A stretch of DNA of 63,617 nucleotides, counting the filler, from Folioceros fuciformis (lineage: Eukaryota), in assembly GCA_049999805.1 (NCBI GenBank). It is 19 parts of 19 records of this genome, joined end to end, with 100 filler letters (N's around TTAATTAATTAA, not from the genome) between each part and the next. Parts side by side here need not be neighbours in the genome. Positions count along the whole stretch, not along the records: positions 22,632 to 25,124 come from JBNGIO010006543.1; positions 25,225 to 27,249 come from JBNGIO010006544.1; positions 27,350 to 29,095 come from JBNGIO010006545.1; positions 29,196 to 30,689 come from JBNGIO010006546.1; positions 30,790 to 31,886 come from JBNGIO010006548.1; positions 31,987 to 38,434 come from JBNGIO010006549.1; 13 more parts are not named here. The stretch is one strand, 5' to 3'. Shown one piece after another: positions 22,632 to 36,100 of the stretch. Under the pieces are notes generated by a model that searched no databases, was not told the DNA's origin, and saw only the letters and a program-made list of their open reading frames with translations. Positions within the stretch are counted from its first letter, which is position 1. Each line of letters begins with the position of its first letter. The translations under genes and the position numbers were made by a program.

Positions 22632-25124
22632 TGCTGTAAGACAGGAATTTTACACGTTGAAGATGAGAGAGGGGGAGAAGATGGCTGCTCACATCACCAA
22701 GTTTCGTCAACTCCGATCTCAACTCTTGAGCATGGGTACGAAAATGGATGAGTTGGATGCAGCCGCTCACCTCCTCACAACGTTGCCACCGTCGTACCAA
22801 GGCTTCATCACTACGCAGAATATTCCCTACCTGACTGCCTCAGCTGGCCGGACCTCCACCTATACAGTCGACACCCTCATCGGAGCACTGTTTCAGGAGG
22901 AACAAGCCAGGAGTCACTCATCTGGGGGCTCACGCTCCAAGGGAGACAAAATTCTGTCGGCAAGGCATACACCTAATAGAGGCAAGGGTAAGTTTCAGGG
23001 TACCCAGAAGTCTGATTCCAGTTCTGGTAACCCACCTAAGCGGACAGGGACTTGTAACTGGTGCGGGATTGCTGGGCACTGGGCCCGTGAGTGCAAGAAA
23101 AAGAGGGCTGGTGAGCCGCAGCGAACTCCTAAGAATTCGGCTAGTGTCGTTAAGGAGAAATCCAGCGACACTAAAAATGTGGTCAAGATACTTACAGTTT
23201 GCTTGACAAGTTCTTGTCTGGACATGGAAAGCTGGTACCTTGATTCTGGTGCCACGGCTCATATCTGTCGGAACAAGACTCATTTCATCTCACTGACCTT
23301 ATGTTGTGAGAACGACAAGGTGTTTCTAGGAGATGAACAACTTGACAGCAGCCTGCAAGTTAAGGGACAAGGCAAAGTTACTTTCAGACTGAAGGACGGT
23401 TCAGATCTTACTCTTGAACGCGTTTTGTACGTACCTGACATGGCTAAAAATCTGTTGTCCATGAGCCAGCTTCTCAAGCTACGGACGATTGAAATGAGAG
23501 CCACCGGTGATACGTGCACCTTCTACAGGAAGGCAGCGCCCGACATTTCTATCTTCCAGGGTTTCCTTGAAGATGATCTGTATTGCCTTGACCTCTTACC
23601 CGTTAAGACTGCCACAGTCCACAGTACTGGATTAGCTAATATGGACACCAAACAGTTGGCTATGTTATGGCATGCGAGACTGGGACATCCCAACAAACAG
23701 AAATTGTTGGACATGTCTGTTAAACAGTGTTTTAGGGAACCACTTCCCCGCTGTTTTAAGGACTTACCATCCTGCGAGGCATGCATAATAGCCAAACAAA
23801 AGGAGCACCCTTTTCCTTCCGCGCCTGCTTACAGAGCCACCTCTGTTCTAGGTCTGGTCCATGCGGACATCTCCGGACGGATACAAGTGCCCTCAATCGG
23901 TGGTTCCAATTACTATCTCACCTTGACGGACGACTACAGCCGATATACCTGGACGTTTCCCATGCAGAGAAAGAGTGACGTTCTTGAAATCTTCAAGGAA
24001 TGGCTCCCTGCAGTGCAACGTCAGACAGGTTTGTTATTGAAGTACCTGCGTACTGATAACGGGGGTGAATTCGTCAATGATGCTTTTGATGCATACCTTG
24101 CTGCGGAGGGGATCCAGCGACAGTTGACTCTTCCTTATACACCCCAGCAGAACGGGGTCTCGGAGAGGAAAAACCAGTCTTTGCTCTCTATGACGCGGAG
24201 CATGTTACTCTGGTCGGGTCTACCTCAAGTGTACTGGGCAGAGGCCATCTCTGCTGCGACGTATGTTCTGAACAGAATTCTTACGAGCTCTGTCCCGAAC
24301 CAGACTCCTTATGAGGCCCTCCATAAGAAGAAACCCAGCCTGCTGCACTTACGAGTTTTTGGCTCTCGTGCGTATGCTTTCATTCCTGCAAAGAAACGCC
24401 AGAAGTTAGACCCACGAGCTCAAGCCCTAGTTTTTGTGGGGTATAGTGAGCAGGCCAAGGCATATCGGCTGTATGACCCAACTACAAGGAAGATGTCCCT
24501 TGCACGCAGTGTCACCTTCATCGAACCTCACTCTCCATTGCTTGCTCAAGCTCCACAGACAGAGGGAGTTACGGCTGTCCCTGAGGAGACAGAGGGAGCT
24601 ACTACGTACCCTGTGCCTGAAGACCAGGTTACCCATCACATGTATCCTCAAGACACCGAACCGGCTGTGAGACTTTTGGATGCCGTTGTGGAGACTGACG
24701 CACTGCCTGCTGACCCTCCTGCAACGGAACCACTCGCTGCATTAGAAATTCAGGCGGCCCCGGATCCTGCAGCCCTAAATGCCCCTTCTTCCCCTGCTCA
24801 GGCTGACGAGGACTTCCCAGTAGTAGCCGATGAGCACGACTCAGACTTCATCGCGGATGAAGACATACCTGAGGACGTCCAACTACCAATAGTCCCTCCC
24901 GTTGAGATTACCCGTGATCCTGAAGTAGTTGCTCCTCGCCGCTCAGGACGCCACCGACCACCACCTGATCAATGGGCCGAACCACGCTATCAGTCTATTG
25001 ACTTTCGTCACCGGGCAGCCCCAGCTACTACTCACACTGCTCCATCAGCCATACCAGATGAGCCACGCACCTTGGTTGAGGCTTACAACGGACCTGATAG
25101 CAAGCAATGGTATGCGGCTGTTGA
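22632..25124 (+). mobile_element. Ty1/copia gag-pol fragment (gag, Zn knuckle, protease, integrase)
   Basis: Uninterrupted frame: CNWCGIAGHWAREC, WYLDSGATAH, WHARLGH..CEAC, DDYSRY/TDNGGE/ERKN. Clearly related to 33149-37639. Confidence 0.97.
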
Positions 25125-25377
25125 NNNNNNNNNNNNNNNNNNNNNNNNNNNNNNNNNNNNNNNNNNNNTTAATTAATTAANNNNNNNNNNNNNNNNNNNN
25201 NNNNNNNNNNNNNNNNNNNNNNNNTGGGAGACGCACCAAATTGATCAAACACGAACAAGTTTGGCGTCCAGTCCACTGTAAAGTGTATTTCTCAATATTG
25301 ATAGAACATATTTACATTGGAAGACGCCTGGTAGTCGGTAACCACTGGGTTATATACTATCTAGCGCATGTTATGGG

Positions 25378-25954
25378 TTACATGCTATCCGGCGGTAAAT
25401 CCGGCGCATCATTCTTTAACAGTGCGCCCTCTTCCTCTGTTTCGTGCACTGTGAAAGGACCACTTCTTGGCAGCACTTTCACCTTCTCAGCCTCCTGAGA
25501 TATTGGAAGAACGTTTCTTGGTGGCACATCTTCCCCTTCTTGCTCACATGCTGTCGGAAGATCTTCCGACAAAACCTCACACCACGTCTTCTTTTCCTTC
25601 TCCTGATCGGTCACCACAACAAGGTTCGTCTCTCAGCTCCTCACCACTCGTTTTTTGTGTCCCCTCAGAACAAGCTACAACTGTGCTACCGGGCACCGCA
25701 GGTAACATAGGTGGTCCGCACACACTAGCTACAGCGTCCCTCAACCTCTCCAACCTGGGACTCAAACTGCGCCGGAGTCTTTCCAACTCTGATGCCTGTT
25801 CTTGAAGCTGTTGCAAGAGCTGGGCCTTTGTAACCCTACGCACTGGCGATGCCCCCGAACAACCTTTTGCCTTCTTCTTGGTTCGTGCCCTAGAAGTTCT
25901 TGAACCCCCTATGAGCTCCTTCCTCTTGCCCGCCATAGCTGCACCTTTCATCAC
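25378..25954 (-). pseudogene. Basic and coiled-coil ORF in two overlapping frames, unknown; possibly retroelement-associated
   Basis: K/R-rich start, then KAQLLQQLQEQASELERLRRSL; ORFs 25577-25954 and 25378-25617 overlap. Confidence 0.3.
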
Positions 25955-28434
25955 CTTCTCTACTCCACAAAGTCCTCCTTACACATTGCACTGGTACTCC
26001 ACGCTTCATCGCCTTAAATTTCTTCTTAAGTACAACAGTGCTACCTCTCTCTCTCTTCCTCTTTCAACAAAATGAAATAAAGGCTCGCGCACCTTCTAAA
26101 TCAGTACATTTCAACCTTCATAACTTTTGTTCTTACACCAGAATCTTCCAAAAACTTGCCTCTCTAGCACTCACCTTGATGCCTCTAATCTTCTTAATAC
26201 CTGGCCTTATGCTTGAACCCAATTCGCAAATCTTCTGAACACCTACCCACTTTTCCCGAACCTTACTCTGCGGAACATTCAATCACAACAATAAACAATT
26301 CTAACATTCTCTCCTTAACTTACAAGTTCTTGTCCATAACCTTGTGAAACCTTAAAATCAAACACTCATCAATCCTTTTTAAGTTACAACATGATTACCC
26401 ACTTTGATCATATAAACTAAAACTGAGTAAAACTCAACAGCGACACCTCTTGCCTTTCACTTGGTTTCTCCTTCACAAACAAAACACCTAGGCTCCAAAA
26501 TATGAAGCATTCAAACACACGTCCAATTCATGATCTCCAGCATTCTTTTGATAATAACAAGTTTTAAGATGTCAATCCAACGGGCCTCTGTGTCATGCCA
26601 TTGCAACGTTCTCATATACAATGATACATGTAAACGCAAATTTGTAACACAAAAGCTTTGATTGAATTGTTCAGTTCGCTACAAGCTTTTTAATTCAAAT
26701 CGATTGGTCATGAGCACTCCGTTCATTGTCTCTACATCAAGCTTTCTAAGCGAACTATCAAAAGAATGCTCATTCATCCTTATATACTTGCAACATTCCG
26801 TTGCCGACTACATGGGTGAGCATTCTTAACCCATATAAACTGTTCATAAAGTTAACTACCAAAATAATTGTGCTCTCCAACCCTCCTTTTGTGAGAACTT
26901 TTCATCCACTAGCTACCTCTTTAGTCAAAATGCAATAGATTTATCTTCACTACACACTTGTTTGCTATGAGTGATCAGCTCATATGATATGGATTGGCAC
27001 TGCAAGTTCACACGATGCAATACTCTAACAGACTTTCTAAGTCATGACATCCACTACTCGGCTTTGCCATTTAACAAGTCTATCTTGAACTAGCCTTAAG
27101 TCACTTTAACGTTTTTAACTGCAGATCTTCTCATTTTAAATAGTTTACCACTTCAAAATTAAAAACTTCTTTATTAAAACTTTTGAAGTTTAATTGAAAA
27201 TGAAGTTGACTGGGGAGGGATAAAGATCCCTTAAACATGTGGGACAAAANNNNNNNNNNNNNNNNNNNNNNNNNNNNNNNNNNNNNNNNNNNNTTAATTA
27301 ATTAANNNNNNNNNNNNNNNNNNNNNNNNNNNNNNNNNNNNNNNNNNNNCCCTCAATCACTACATGCTAGAAATACTTAAGGCTCGACGTTGTTTTTAGA
27401 GCATGAAGCTATGCATTGCCTTCACTTTTTCACCATCTTAAACCACTCCACAAAATGTACACTACAAAGTTGCAGTATCTCTAGGTCTTCAAAATCATCA
27501 ATTCTCCTTCTCCTCCACATGGTTTGAGGGGGCGCCCTCTTTCACTCATGGCCCTAACTAGGGGCATGGCAGCACACATGCTAGCACCTGTGTAGATGGG
27601 TAGATGGGTGAAATGATAATAATAACCCATTTTCCCCTCAGGTTGGGAGCGACGCGACGAAGAATTATGAAGTCCATAAATGAGTGGTGAACACTCTACT
27701 CCCCTCCACGTCTCACCACGACATGAGAATCAAGAGTTGGCAATTATGTATTGCTCGACGGACGTGTGGGCCTACACGGGTAGAAATGGACAAATCGACC
27801 TCATCTCCGCGGAGCTTCTGGCCGCTGGGGCCCTGGGGGCATGACAATGCCTATAATTAGTGAATATCTGCACCCCGGACGGGGATCAATGATAGCACTC
27901 AGAAGGATCCCTGTTCACTGTCGTGGACAGCAGTGGTAGGGACCGGTAGCCTGCAGGGCTCCAATGTTCGAAGTGTGGTAGGGACGGCTGCTTACACGAA
28001 CTCCCACGACACGTGGTAGGCCACAGTACAAGGCTGTAAGCATCTTGCACTGCAACATAATACAAAGTTGTCGGCATTTTCACCGTCTATTTGACATAAA
28101 ATTATGTTACTCAACAAAGTACGTAAGCATCCGACATCACTTTCGTTGCTGGTGGCTGCAGGAGTGTTTCAATGGTGTATGGGCTCCAAGCAAATTCCTT
28201 GCACAGTCTAAGCAAACCTCTCGTCCCTTCTATTCAGCGGGATCATCTGTAGCTGCTAATTCCCAAGTGATCACTTGCAGACGTGGTCCACAAGGGACTG
28301 CCGTCTCTGTGTTCACCTCTCTACAGCTTCAGCAGTTACTGCAAATTCGTGGGTCAACATGATGAGGAGGCGAGCAGGATTTAGAGCTGATTTGTGTGTC
28401 AGAAGCTGTATTATTTATTATTAGCTTGCAGTGT

Positions 28435-29095
28435 TCACTTCTTGTCGCGTTTCTTCTTGTCATCACCTTGTTTCTTCTCGGGAGGAGGGGGTTTGGGCCA
28501 GAATTCCGTGGTCTTTTTGGATGCCTTGCGTACAATCGTGAGAACGTCGTCAGGATTAAGACTCTCGCCGCTCACAATCACCTTCCTCAGCTGCCTGTCC
28601 ACTGTGTAGGATTTGAATGCTGCCACACGTTTTTTGGCACACACAAAGCAAGAGTCAGCGATCTTGGAAATTTCCACAGCGGCAGCTAGGGAGCAGGGGG
28701 GGCCTCCAAGTCTACCAGATTGCCATTGCCAATGACCAAAAAAGGAATCGTCTCCTCACCGGAATAATCAAAGAGCGCGCTCCTCACCCTCTTTTCGCAG
28801 GCGTCGCAGCACATGAGGCACTTGAGCTCCACCGTCTGCACAGGCAAATAACCTCAGTTAGGTGTCATGAAAAACTTTTTGCTGGAGCCGGGTCTTGTTC
28901 GTTCCAAATCCAAATGCTCAGGAAAGATTTGAGGCGATTGCGTTACCACAGTCTTGGACTTGTTTCCTTCCGTTTTCTTGCCATCAGCTGAGCTCTGGCT
29001 CTTGCCTGAACCGGAGCCCGAGCTAGAGTACGCCGGAGGGTCAATCCAGCGGGCCGCATGGACATTCTCACACGATCCATAGAAGAACTGGCACG
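28435..29095 (-). CDS. Heavy-metal-associated (HMA) domain protein, HPP/HIPP-like, 5' incomplete
   Basis: Exons 29095-28947, 28835-28760 and 28619-28435 splice (GT-AG) into ..KTV-TVELKCLMCCDACEKRVRSALFDYS-AFKSYTVDRQLRKVIVSG..EFWPKPPPP..; no C-terminal CaaX. Confidence 0.85.
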
Positions 29096-30789
29096 NNNNN
29101 NNNNNNNNNNNNNNNNNNNNNNNNNNNNNNNNNNNNNNNTTAATTAATTAANNNNNNNNNNNNNNNNNNNNNNNNNNNNNNNNNNNNNNNNNNNNCCAGT
29201 TGTGGCGTGTGGACAGATAAAGACACTGCCTCCCGTGGACGACTTTCCTTCCCACCGGCACGCGCTCATCATAGCCCCTCGGCGCGATAGTGACCTCATC
29301 CCACATGCTCATGCAACAGCCCGGGTAGCCCGGGCAGCAACGGGCTGCCCGCTCTGCTGCCCGTGCGCACCGGCGCTGCCCGGGGGGTGGACACCGTGGA
29401 GGGGAAAGAGGGGCCTCGTACCCTAATCGAACCCGGATTACCACCCTCCCCGTAGGCGCCGGACGGCATCGGCATCGGGATCGGGGACAGCGTTCATTTC
29501 CTGTAAGAAGGCGCCGGATTCGGGCCTTCCTTCTTTCGTCTGCGGACAAAGTTTGTATGTATGTCTGCAATGTGTTTCCTGTGCAGGCAGAGCGCGCCGC
29601 GACTGTGGAGTATGGGGGAATCCGATGACGAAGCCACTATACATATGTTTCTTGTGTTTCAACATAGATGTATGCGATGGCGATGGTGATGGTGATGGTG
29701 ATGGCACACCTACGCACAGCAGCTGCAGCCTCTGCCAGGAGCAAGGAATGTTGATGAAAAATAATATGAAATGTCTGGCGTGGCTCGGTGGAGGCGGGGC
29801 CACCATTTGAGCCGCTGTGGCGAGTAACAGAACCGGGTGATGTTGTGGCAGGCCCTGAAGTTATGAGGCAAGTACACGACACACTCTTACCTACGCAGAC
29901 GTGCCAGGCCGGGCCGCAGAGTCATGAGTCAGTGGATCATCAGCCAGCAAACGGGCATCCTGCAGCTGCAGCTGCTGCTACTGTTGTTGCTGCTGATAAG
30001 CCGAAATTTGCTCAGATGCTTCCGCCTCCAGAGCACAGCTTGCGGCTGGCTTATTGTGACACACCTACTGTATGTATGCCACATTACCAGGCTTGAATCC
30101 GGGAGAGTGATAAACGTGGCAGTGGTAGCGGAGCTCCGTTGAAGACATCCAATGCACAAGCAAGACAAGACATATGTACATACATGCGCCGGCCTCGTCC
30201 TGTTGCACTTCTGGGTTCTTGGCCACAGTGTCGGTGCTTCTTGCTTCTTCTCCCCTCGACTGCCGCGCTGCGGATGATGCTGATGCTGCTGTTGCTTCTG
30301 CTACCATGGTCCGATGCTTGCCATCCTTCTCCTGCCGCGGTGCTGACCTAAGTAAAGAGGAGTCAAGTCTTGTCTTGCAGCGGGCACGCGGGCGACTGTA
30401 GGGCTTTCGGGAAGGGATGATGTCAAATCCTGGCAGCAGCTAAGGATCTGCCAGCAGGAGGAGCCAAGTACCGAGCAGCTCGGCCATAGAAGAGCATATA
30501 AAAGAAGTTGCGGGAGGCATCGGGGCAGGGCCATCGAGTGGTGAGTGCGGCCCTGCGATCGAGCATTGAAGCCAGCGCCGGTACCAGCACGGCTCTGAGA
30601 GGAGGCCGGAGCAGCAGCGGCCGGAGCAGGAGCATAGTATGTATGTACATACAGCGCGGCATCAACCTCACCTCGAGCCGTGGTCAGGANNNNNNNNNNN
30701 NNNNNNNNNNNNNNNNNNNNNNNNNNNNNNNNNTTAATTAATTAANNNNNNNNNNNNNNNNNNNNNNNNNNNNNNNNNNNNNNNNNNNN

Positions 30790-31886
30790 GGGGTACACCC
30801 CGGAGCGAACAAAAGAGAGCAGACGAAGTCTGGCTGGGCTGGGGGTGAGGAGGAGAGAGCGAGCAGGACCTTGTGCGAAATCGGCGCTGCTGCTGCGGCG
30901 CTCCGAAGCGGAGGAGGCAGGGCAAGAGGAAGAGAAAGAGGAGGGGAGGATGGGGAAGGAGAGTGACGCCAGAGCGGCCTGATATACAGCCCCAGCCAGC
31001 CGCGGCGGCGCAGGCTGCTGGTCCGGCGAGTCCAGTCGCTGTTGGCGCTGCCCGAGCGAGTGTGTTGTGTCGTGTGTCGGCCTGAGGCCTGAGTCGAGGA
31101 TTTGTCCTCTTTCGGCACACCCAGTTCCGAGGAATCTCTGGCAGCTCTCCCAGTTAGGAGGCGACTGAGGGTGGAGAGCAGGCACCGTCCCACGCCTTGG
31201 CCGGGCCACGGCCGCCATGCCCTGCTCCGGTGTACGACGAGCTGGGGCGAGCCGGGCTGGGCTAGGTTGGGCCGGGCTTTCAATTTTTTCACGCCCGGAG
31301 CCAGCAGCGGCTGCAGCCTGGAGCGTGAGCGGGCGGGGGTGCCGGGGCTCAGGGCTGAGGCCGAGGCCGAGGCCGAGAGACTCGAGAGACTCGAGAGACC
31401 GAGGCATAGACCGCGGAACGGGGCGTAACTGCGCACGCCTCTCCAGGCTCCTATGGCGGCATTGAGCATTTTTTCCCTTGCCCCCACCCACTCACCAGCC
31501 TTGGCCTTGGGGCCTAGGCCGTGCCAGATCGGAACATTCCCGTTCCGTTGAAGGGAAGGCCGGGCCCGCGACTATGTGCGACCAAGCCTCGCCCTTTTTT
31601 TTTTAAATATCAACGCACCATGTCATAGTGGCGGTGGCCCAGGCCCAGGCCCCGCCTTGATTCAGCTTTCACGCCCCATGTTGTTCCAGCTCATTGGTCG
31701 TGTATCAGGCAGGGCCCCTGCTCTGCATTCTCCCCATTCACTGCAATCTGCAGTTTGCAGTCCGCACTGGCAGTGCACACCGCAACTACCTCCACCGTCG
31801 TTTGCCTGCTCCAGCGCTCCAGCCTCCAGCCTCATTGCCTGGTGCTGTGCCCCAGCAGAGCAGAGCAGTGCAGTGCAGTGCAGGGC
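30790..31886. repeat. GC-rich region with several microsatellites, promoter/5'UTR-like
   Basis: (GAGGCC)n near 31357, (CTCGAGAGA)n near 31375, (GCAGT)n at the contig end; GGCCCA motifs near 31636-31651. Confidence 0.5.
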
Positions 31887-32033
31887 NNNNNNNNNNNNNN
31901 NNNNNNNNNNNNNNNNNNNNNNNNNNNNNNTTAATTAATTAANNNNNNNNNNNNNNNNNNNNNNNNNNNNNNNNNNNNNNNNNNNNTACAAGAATGTAGC
32001 CAGAGCGTGTGTCTCTCTCTGCCATGTTATTCA

Positions 32034-32045
32034 TGGTATCAGAGC
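32034..32045 (+). promoter_or_regulatory. Primer binding site, tRNA-iMet
   Basis: TGGTATCAGAGC directly after the LTR terminal CA. Confidence 0.97.
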
Positions 32046-32076
32046 TTCGGAATGCTCCATCATCCCTCAGGCCACA

Positions 32077-32691
32077 ATGCCTGGTCGAGGAGGCTCTCGT
32101 ATAGGCAGAGATCGCAGCAGGAAAAATAAAATTTCTCCTGCTGCCCTAGACAATATCCTGGATCTATACGAACCTAACTACCCAGAGTTTTGGCTTAGGA
32201 AAGTGGTAGATGCGCGTTCAGGGTGTAATTCTGGTAGAGCTAGATCAGCACATAGGCAAGGAAGGAATTACAAATCACATGTCCCTTACCATGCACGCTA
32301 TCTGGGTAGAAACCAGAATCCTGATCCACTCTACAATCCAACATCTAGGCAGATTTCCCCAAACACAACTATCTCACAGCCTTCTGGTAGAGCAATTCCC
32401 CTGATTCCCATTGTGGACAATCCTGTTTTTGTCCCCAAACAGCAAAAAGATCGGGATTACTCGCCATTAAACCAGATACTTGGAGAAAGAATTGAGAGAA
32501 ATCTGCAGAAGGTGTTGGCAAATCAACTTATCTTGAGGGATGGAGTAGCCCGCGCCCAACTCGCCCTTACACGAGAAACCGGCAAAATCAATGATACAGT
32601 TTCCAGGCTCACAGAATTGCTGCAAGAAATGGATCTTTGCCAGGGCTTCCCAATGGAATCTTCTCCATCTAGGAGAGACTCCATCCTGTGA
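32077..32691 (+). CDS. Extra 204-aa ORF between PBS and gag (basic N-terminus, C-terminal coiled coil)
   Basis: ATG 31 nt after the PBS, uninterrupted; heptads ERIERNLQKVLANQLILRD..VSRLTELLQEM. Confidence 0.6.
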   Translation: MPGRGGSRIGRDRSRKNKISPAALDNILDLYEPNYPEFWLRKVVDARSGCNSGRARSAHRQGRNYKSHVPYHARYLGRNQNPDPLYNPTSRQISPNTTISQPSGRAIPLIPIVDNPVFVPKQQKDRDYSPLNQILGERIERNLQKVLANQLILRDGVARAQLALTRETGKINDTVSRLTELLQEMDLCQGFPMESSPSRRDSIL

Positions 32692-33148
32692 CCCGACTTC
32701 CGCTGGTGGAGAGAGCACGAGACACGAATCGACAGCAAGGACAGTGGCGACCCACAGTGGAGACATCAACCGGCATGATGAGCTTGCCGCCCCTTGCTAA
32801 GCTTGTGTCCTCCTGCTTTGGATTGGCTCAACTAACCCCGTCGTTTCAGACGAAAGGGACATGTTAGTTGAAAAACCCTAAAAACTTTTTTTTCCGAAAC
32901 GTTGCATGAGTTGCTAGCATTACTGACCTGTACCAGGAAGGTCGATGAGGGAGGAGGCCTGCTAGAAGTCAGACATCGTTGTCTGCCCCCACCAGGCTTA
33001 CCCCCCCCAGCGAACCTCCTGCACATACATTGTCAGTCCTAAGCATGCTCATGAACATACAAAGTGATTCGGTAGACTGACATGCATTCGAACTTAGCTG
33101 TTTTTTACACCCTGCCCATAGAAAAGGGTGTAACCTCAGCTAGGTTGC

Positions 33149-36100
33149 ATGTCCAGACTTGTTGTCCCTGATAGTGAGGATGAGGAAGACTTTGACTCTT
33201 CAGATGAGGAGGAAGGTGAGATAGACTTAGCGTCATATTTTGCTTCATCTTTTTGGCAGTATAACCCTCCTATCATACAAGTACAACACCCTCTACCAGT
33301 CACACAGGTTGTTAGAGCAATGGCAACCCCATCTTTCACATCAGACCTTAAGGAAAAAGACAGGTTTAATGGAACCAAGTACCCAGTCTGGAGGGTGCGT
33401 ATGAAGGCCATTCTGATTGCACGGGGTTGCTGGAGTGTTGTGGATGGTTCCTTCCCAGAGCCAGATCCCATCACTGGTTCTCAAGCTGACAAGGAGAAGT
33501 GGGCCTCCATTAATGAAGTGGCTGTTGCAGTTCTCATCAATGGATTGGCCACAGACCTTGTACCTGATGTGGAATACCTGACAAAAGGCATTCAAATATG
33601 GAATCAGCTCGAGAAGACGTATCAGGTCATCAACATCATGACTAAATGCGCAGTCTGGCAGGAATACTATGCTTTGCGAATGAAGGAAGGAGACAAAGTT
33701 GGAGTTTTTACCAGCAAATTTCGTCACCTCCGGTCGCAACTTGCTTCCTTCAACATAAAGATCGAGGAGGAACATGCTGTTGTCCAATTGCTAAGCAGTC
33801 TCCCAGCCACCCTCCAGCAGTTTGTCAGTTCTTACAATGGACCACTGAATGCATCTCAAGCTGCGGTAACTGCTGGGACTGCCAGTACATTGACAGTGGA
33901 TGACATAGTTGCTGCCCTGCATCAAGAGGAGCAGAGTAGACTGTTTTCCGTTGGTGGATCTAAGCCCAAAGCAGAAAAAGTCCTAGCTGCAAGGTTTAAA
34001 CCAATTAGGCAAAAAGGCAAGGCTCACCCTCAGGGGTACAGTGAGCCTGGGCAATCTTCTATCACGAAGAAAACAGGAAATTGTAACTGGTGTGGTATCC
34101 CAGGGCACTGGGCTCGCGACTGCCGGAAGAAAAAGGCAGGAGAACCCCAGAAAAAGGCTTCCACTAATGTTGTTGTTAAGGAGAAAGGCTCGAGTGACCA
34201 CTCGGCACCTACAGACAACAAAGGAACGGTTAGAATATATACTATTTGCCTTTCCAATTCCAAGCACGATAGGGACAGTTGGTACTTGGACTCAGGTGCA
34301 ACTGCTCACATTTGCAAAGACAAGGATTTGTTCTCATACCTGGACACTTCTCATACGGTTGAGAAGGTGTTGCTTGGGGATGAGAAAAATGAAACTGGCC
34401 TCCGCATTGAAGGACAGGGTAAATGTACCTTCATTCTGCATGACAGAACTGACCTGGTTTTGGAAGATGTTCTGTATGTACCCAGGATGGCCAAGAACCT
34501 TGTGTCTTTGAGTCGATTGCTTGGTACGAGGGCATACAGCATGTTTGCAGACCAAAGCTCCTGTTCCTTTTACACTACCACTGTTCCATACAGATTAGTG
34601 TTTAAAGGAATTCCAGACAGTGACCTGTATTGTCTTGACATCCATTGTAAGCCTGAAACTGTTACTTTGTCAACAACCCCAGGTCAGATGGATACAAAAG
34701 CCCTAGCTTCCCTTGGGCACGCCAGATTAGGTCATGCCAATAGGGCTAAGCTAATCGATATGTCGGTTAAGGACTGTTACAGAGAGCCCTTACCACAGTG
34801 CTTCAAGGACTTGCCTATTTGTGAGGCTTGCATCCTGGCGAAGCAGAAGGAGCAGTCATTCCCCACCACACCTGCACACAGAGCCAGCCACGTCTTAGAG
34901 TTAATACATGCGGATATCTCAGGAAAAATACATGAGCCGTCACTTGGGGACTCTAGATATTACCTCTCTTTTACAGATGATTTCAGTCGTTATTCCTGGA
35001 CCTTCCCCATGCAACTTAAGAGTGACACCTTTCGACTGTTTACTGAATGGCTTCCTGTAGTGCAACGTCAAACAGGACAGTTGGTCAAATGGCTGCGGAC
35101 TGACAACGGCACGGAATTTGTGAATGCCCAGTTTGATTCCTACCTACAAGGGCATGGAATTCAGCGTCAGTTGACAGTCCCCTACACCCCTCAACATAAT
35201 GGAGTTGCTGAGCGGAAGAATCAAACCTTGCTCGGCATGACACGCAGTATGCTCCTCTGGGCTGGTCTTCCTCAGGGATACTGGGCAGAGGCTGTTGTAA
35301 CTGCTACTTACATCCTTAATAGGGTGTACACAAGTGCTGTGAAGGGTCAAACACCTTATGAGGTCTTCTGGAAGCGTAAGCCTAGCATTCTTCACCTTCG
35401 TGTTTTTGGTTCTCGAGCCTTTGCCTATATACCTGCCGAAAAGAGGAGGAAATTAGACAATAGGGCTCAGGGTCTTATTTTCGTCGGATATAGTGAAACT
35501 GCTAAGGCCTACAAGCTCTATGACAAGCACAGGCACTCCATAATGTTGGCACGAAGTGTTACCTTTTTGGAACCTCATGCACCTGTCGGCGAGCCAGCCT
35601 CAAAGGTAGTTACTGCAGAAGCAGAGGGAGTTGACGACGATGCAGACACAGATGCTCATGCTCCTGGAGACTATCCACAGGATGACACTGAAGCGCTCGA
35701 TGATGACCTCCTTCGACCTGTCCCTGATGTTCAGGCACCACCAGATGAGTTGATTCAGGCTGGTGATCAGCAAGATGCGCCTCCTGTTGAGGGATCCATG
35801 GATATTCTAATTCTACACCAGGGTAATGAGAACGTTGACCAAGGCCCTTACCTGGATGAGCACGAGGTCGAAGACATATCCGAACCTGCAGACCCATCAC
35901 TTGTTGACGAGACAGATGCAATAGGTCCACCTGAGCCAGAGCTTCGACGTTCTGCAAGACATAGGCTAGAGAGGTCAGCATGGAAGGAGCTACCATATCA
36001 ATCCATTGATTTCAGGCACTCCTCCTCAGCAGTCACAGTCCCTTTACCTGATGAGCCCAAGACCTTATCCCAAGCTTTCAATGGTCCAGAATCTGCACAA

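Noticed and set aside
29196-30689. Several overlapping ORFs and exon-like GC-rich stretches
   Set aside because: No recognisable domain or consistent splice model; microsatellite-rich. Left unannotated.
30734-31491. 249-aa ORFs in two frames
   Set aside because: GC-rich low-complexity sequence inflated by the linker; no domain signal.
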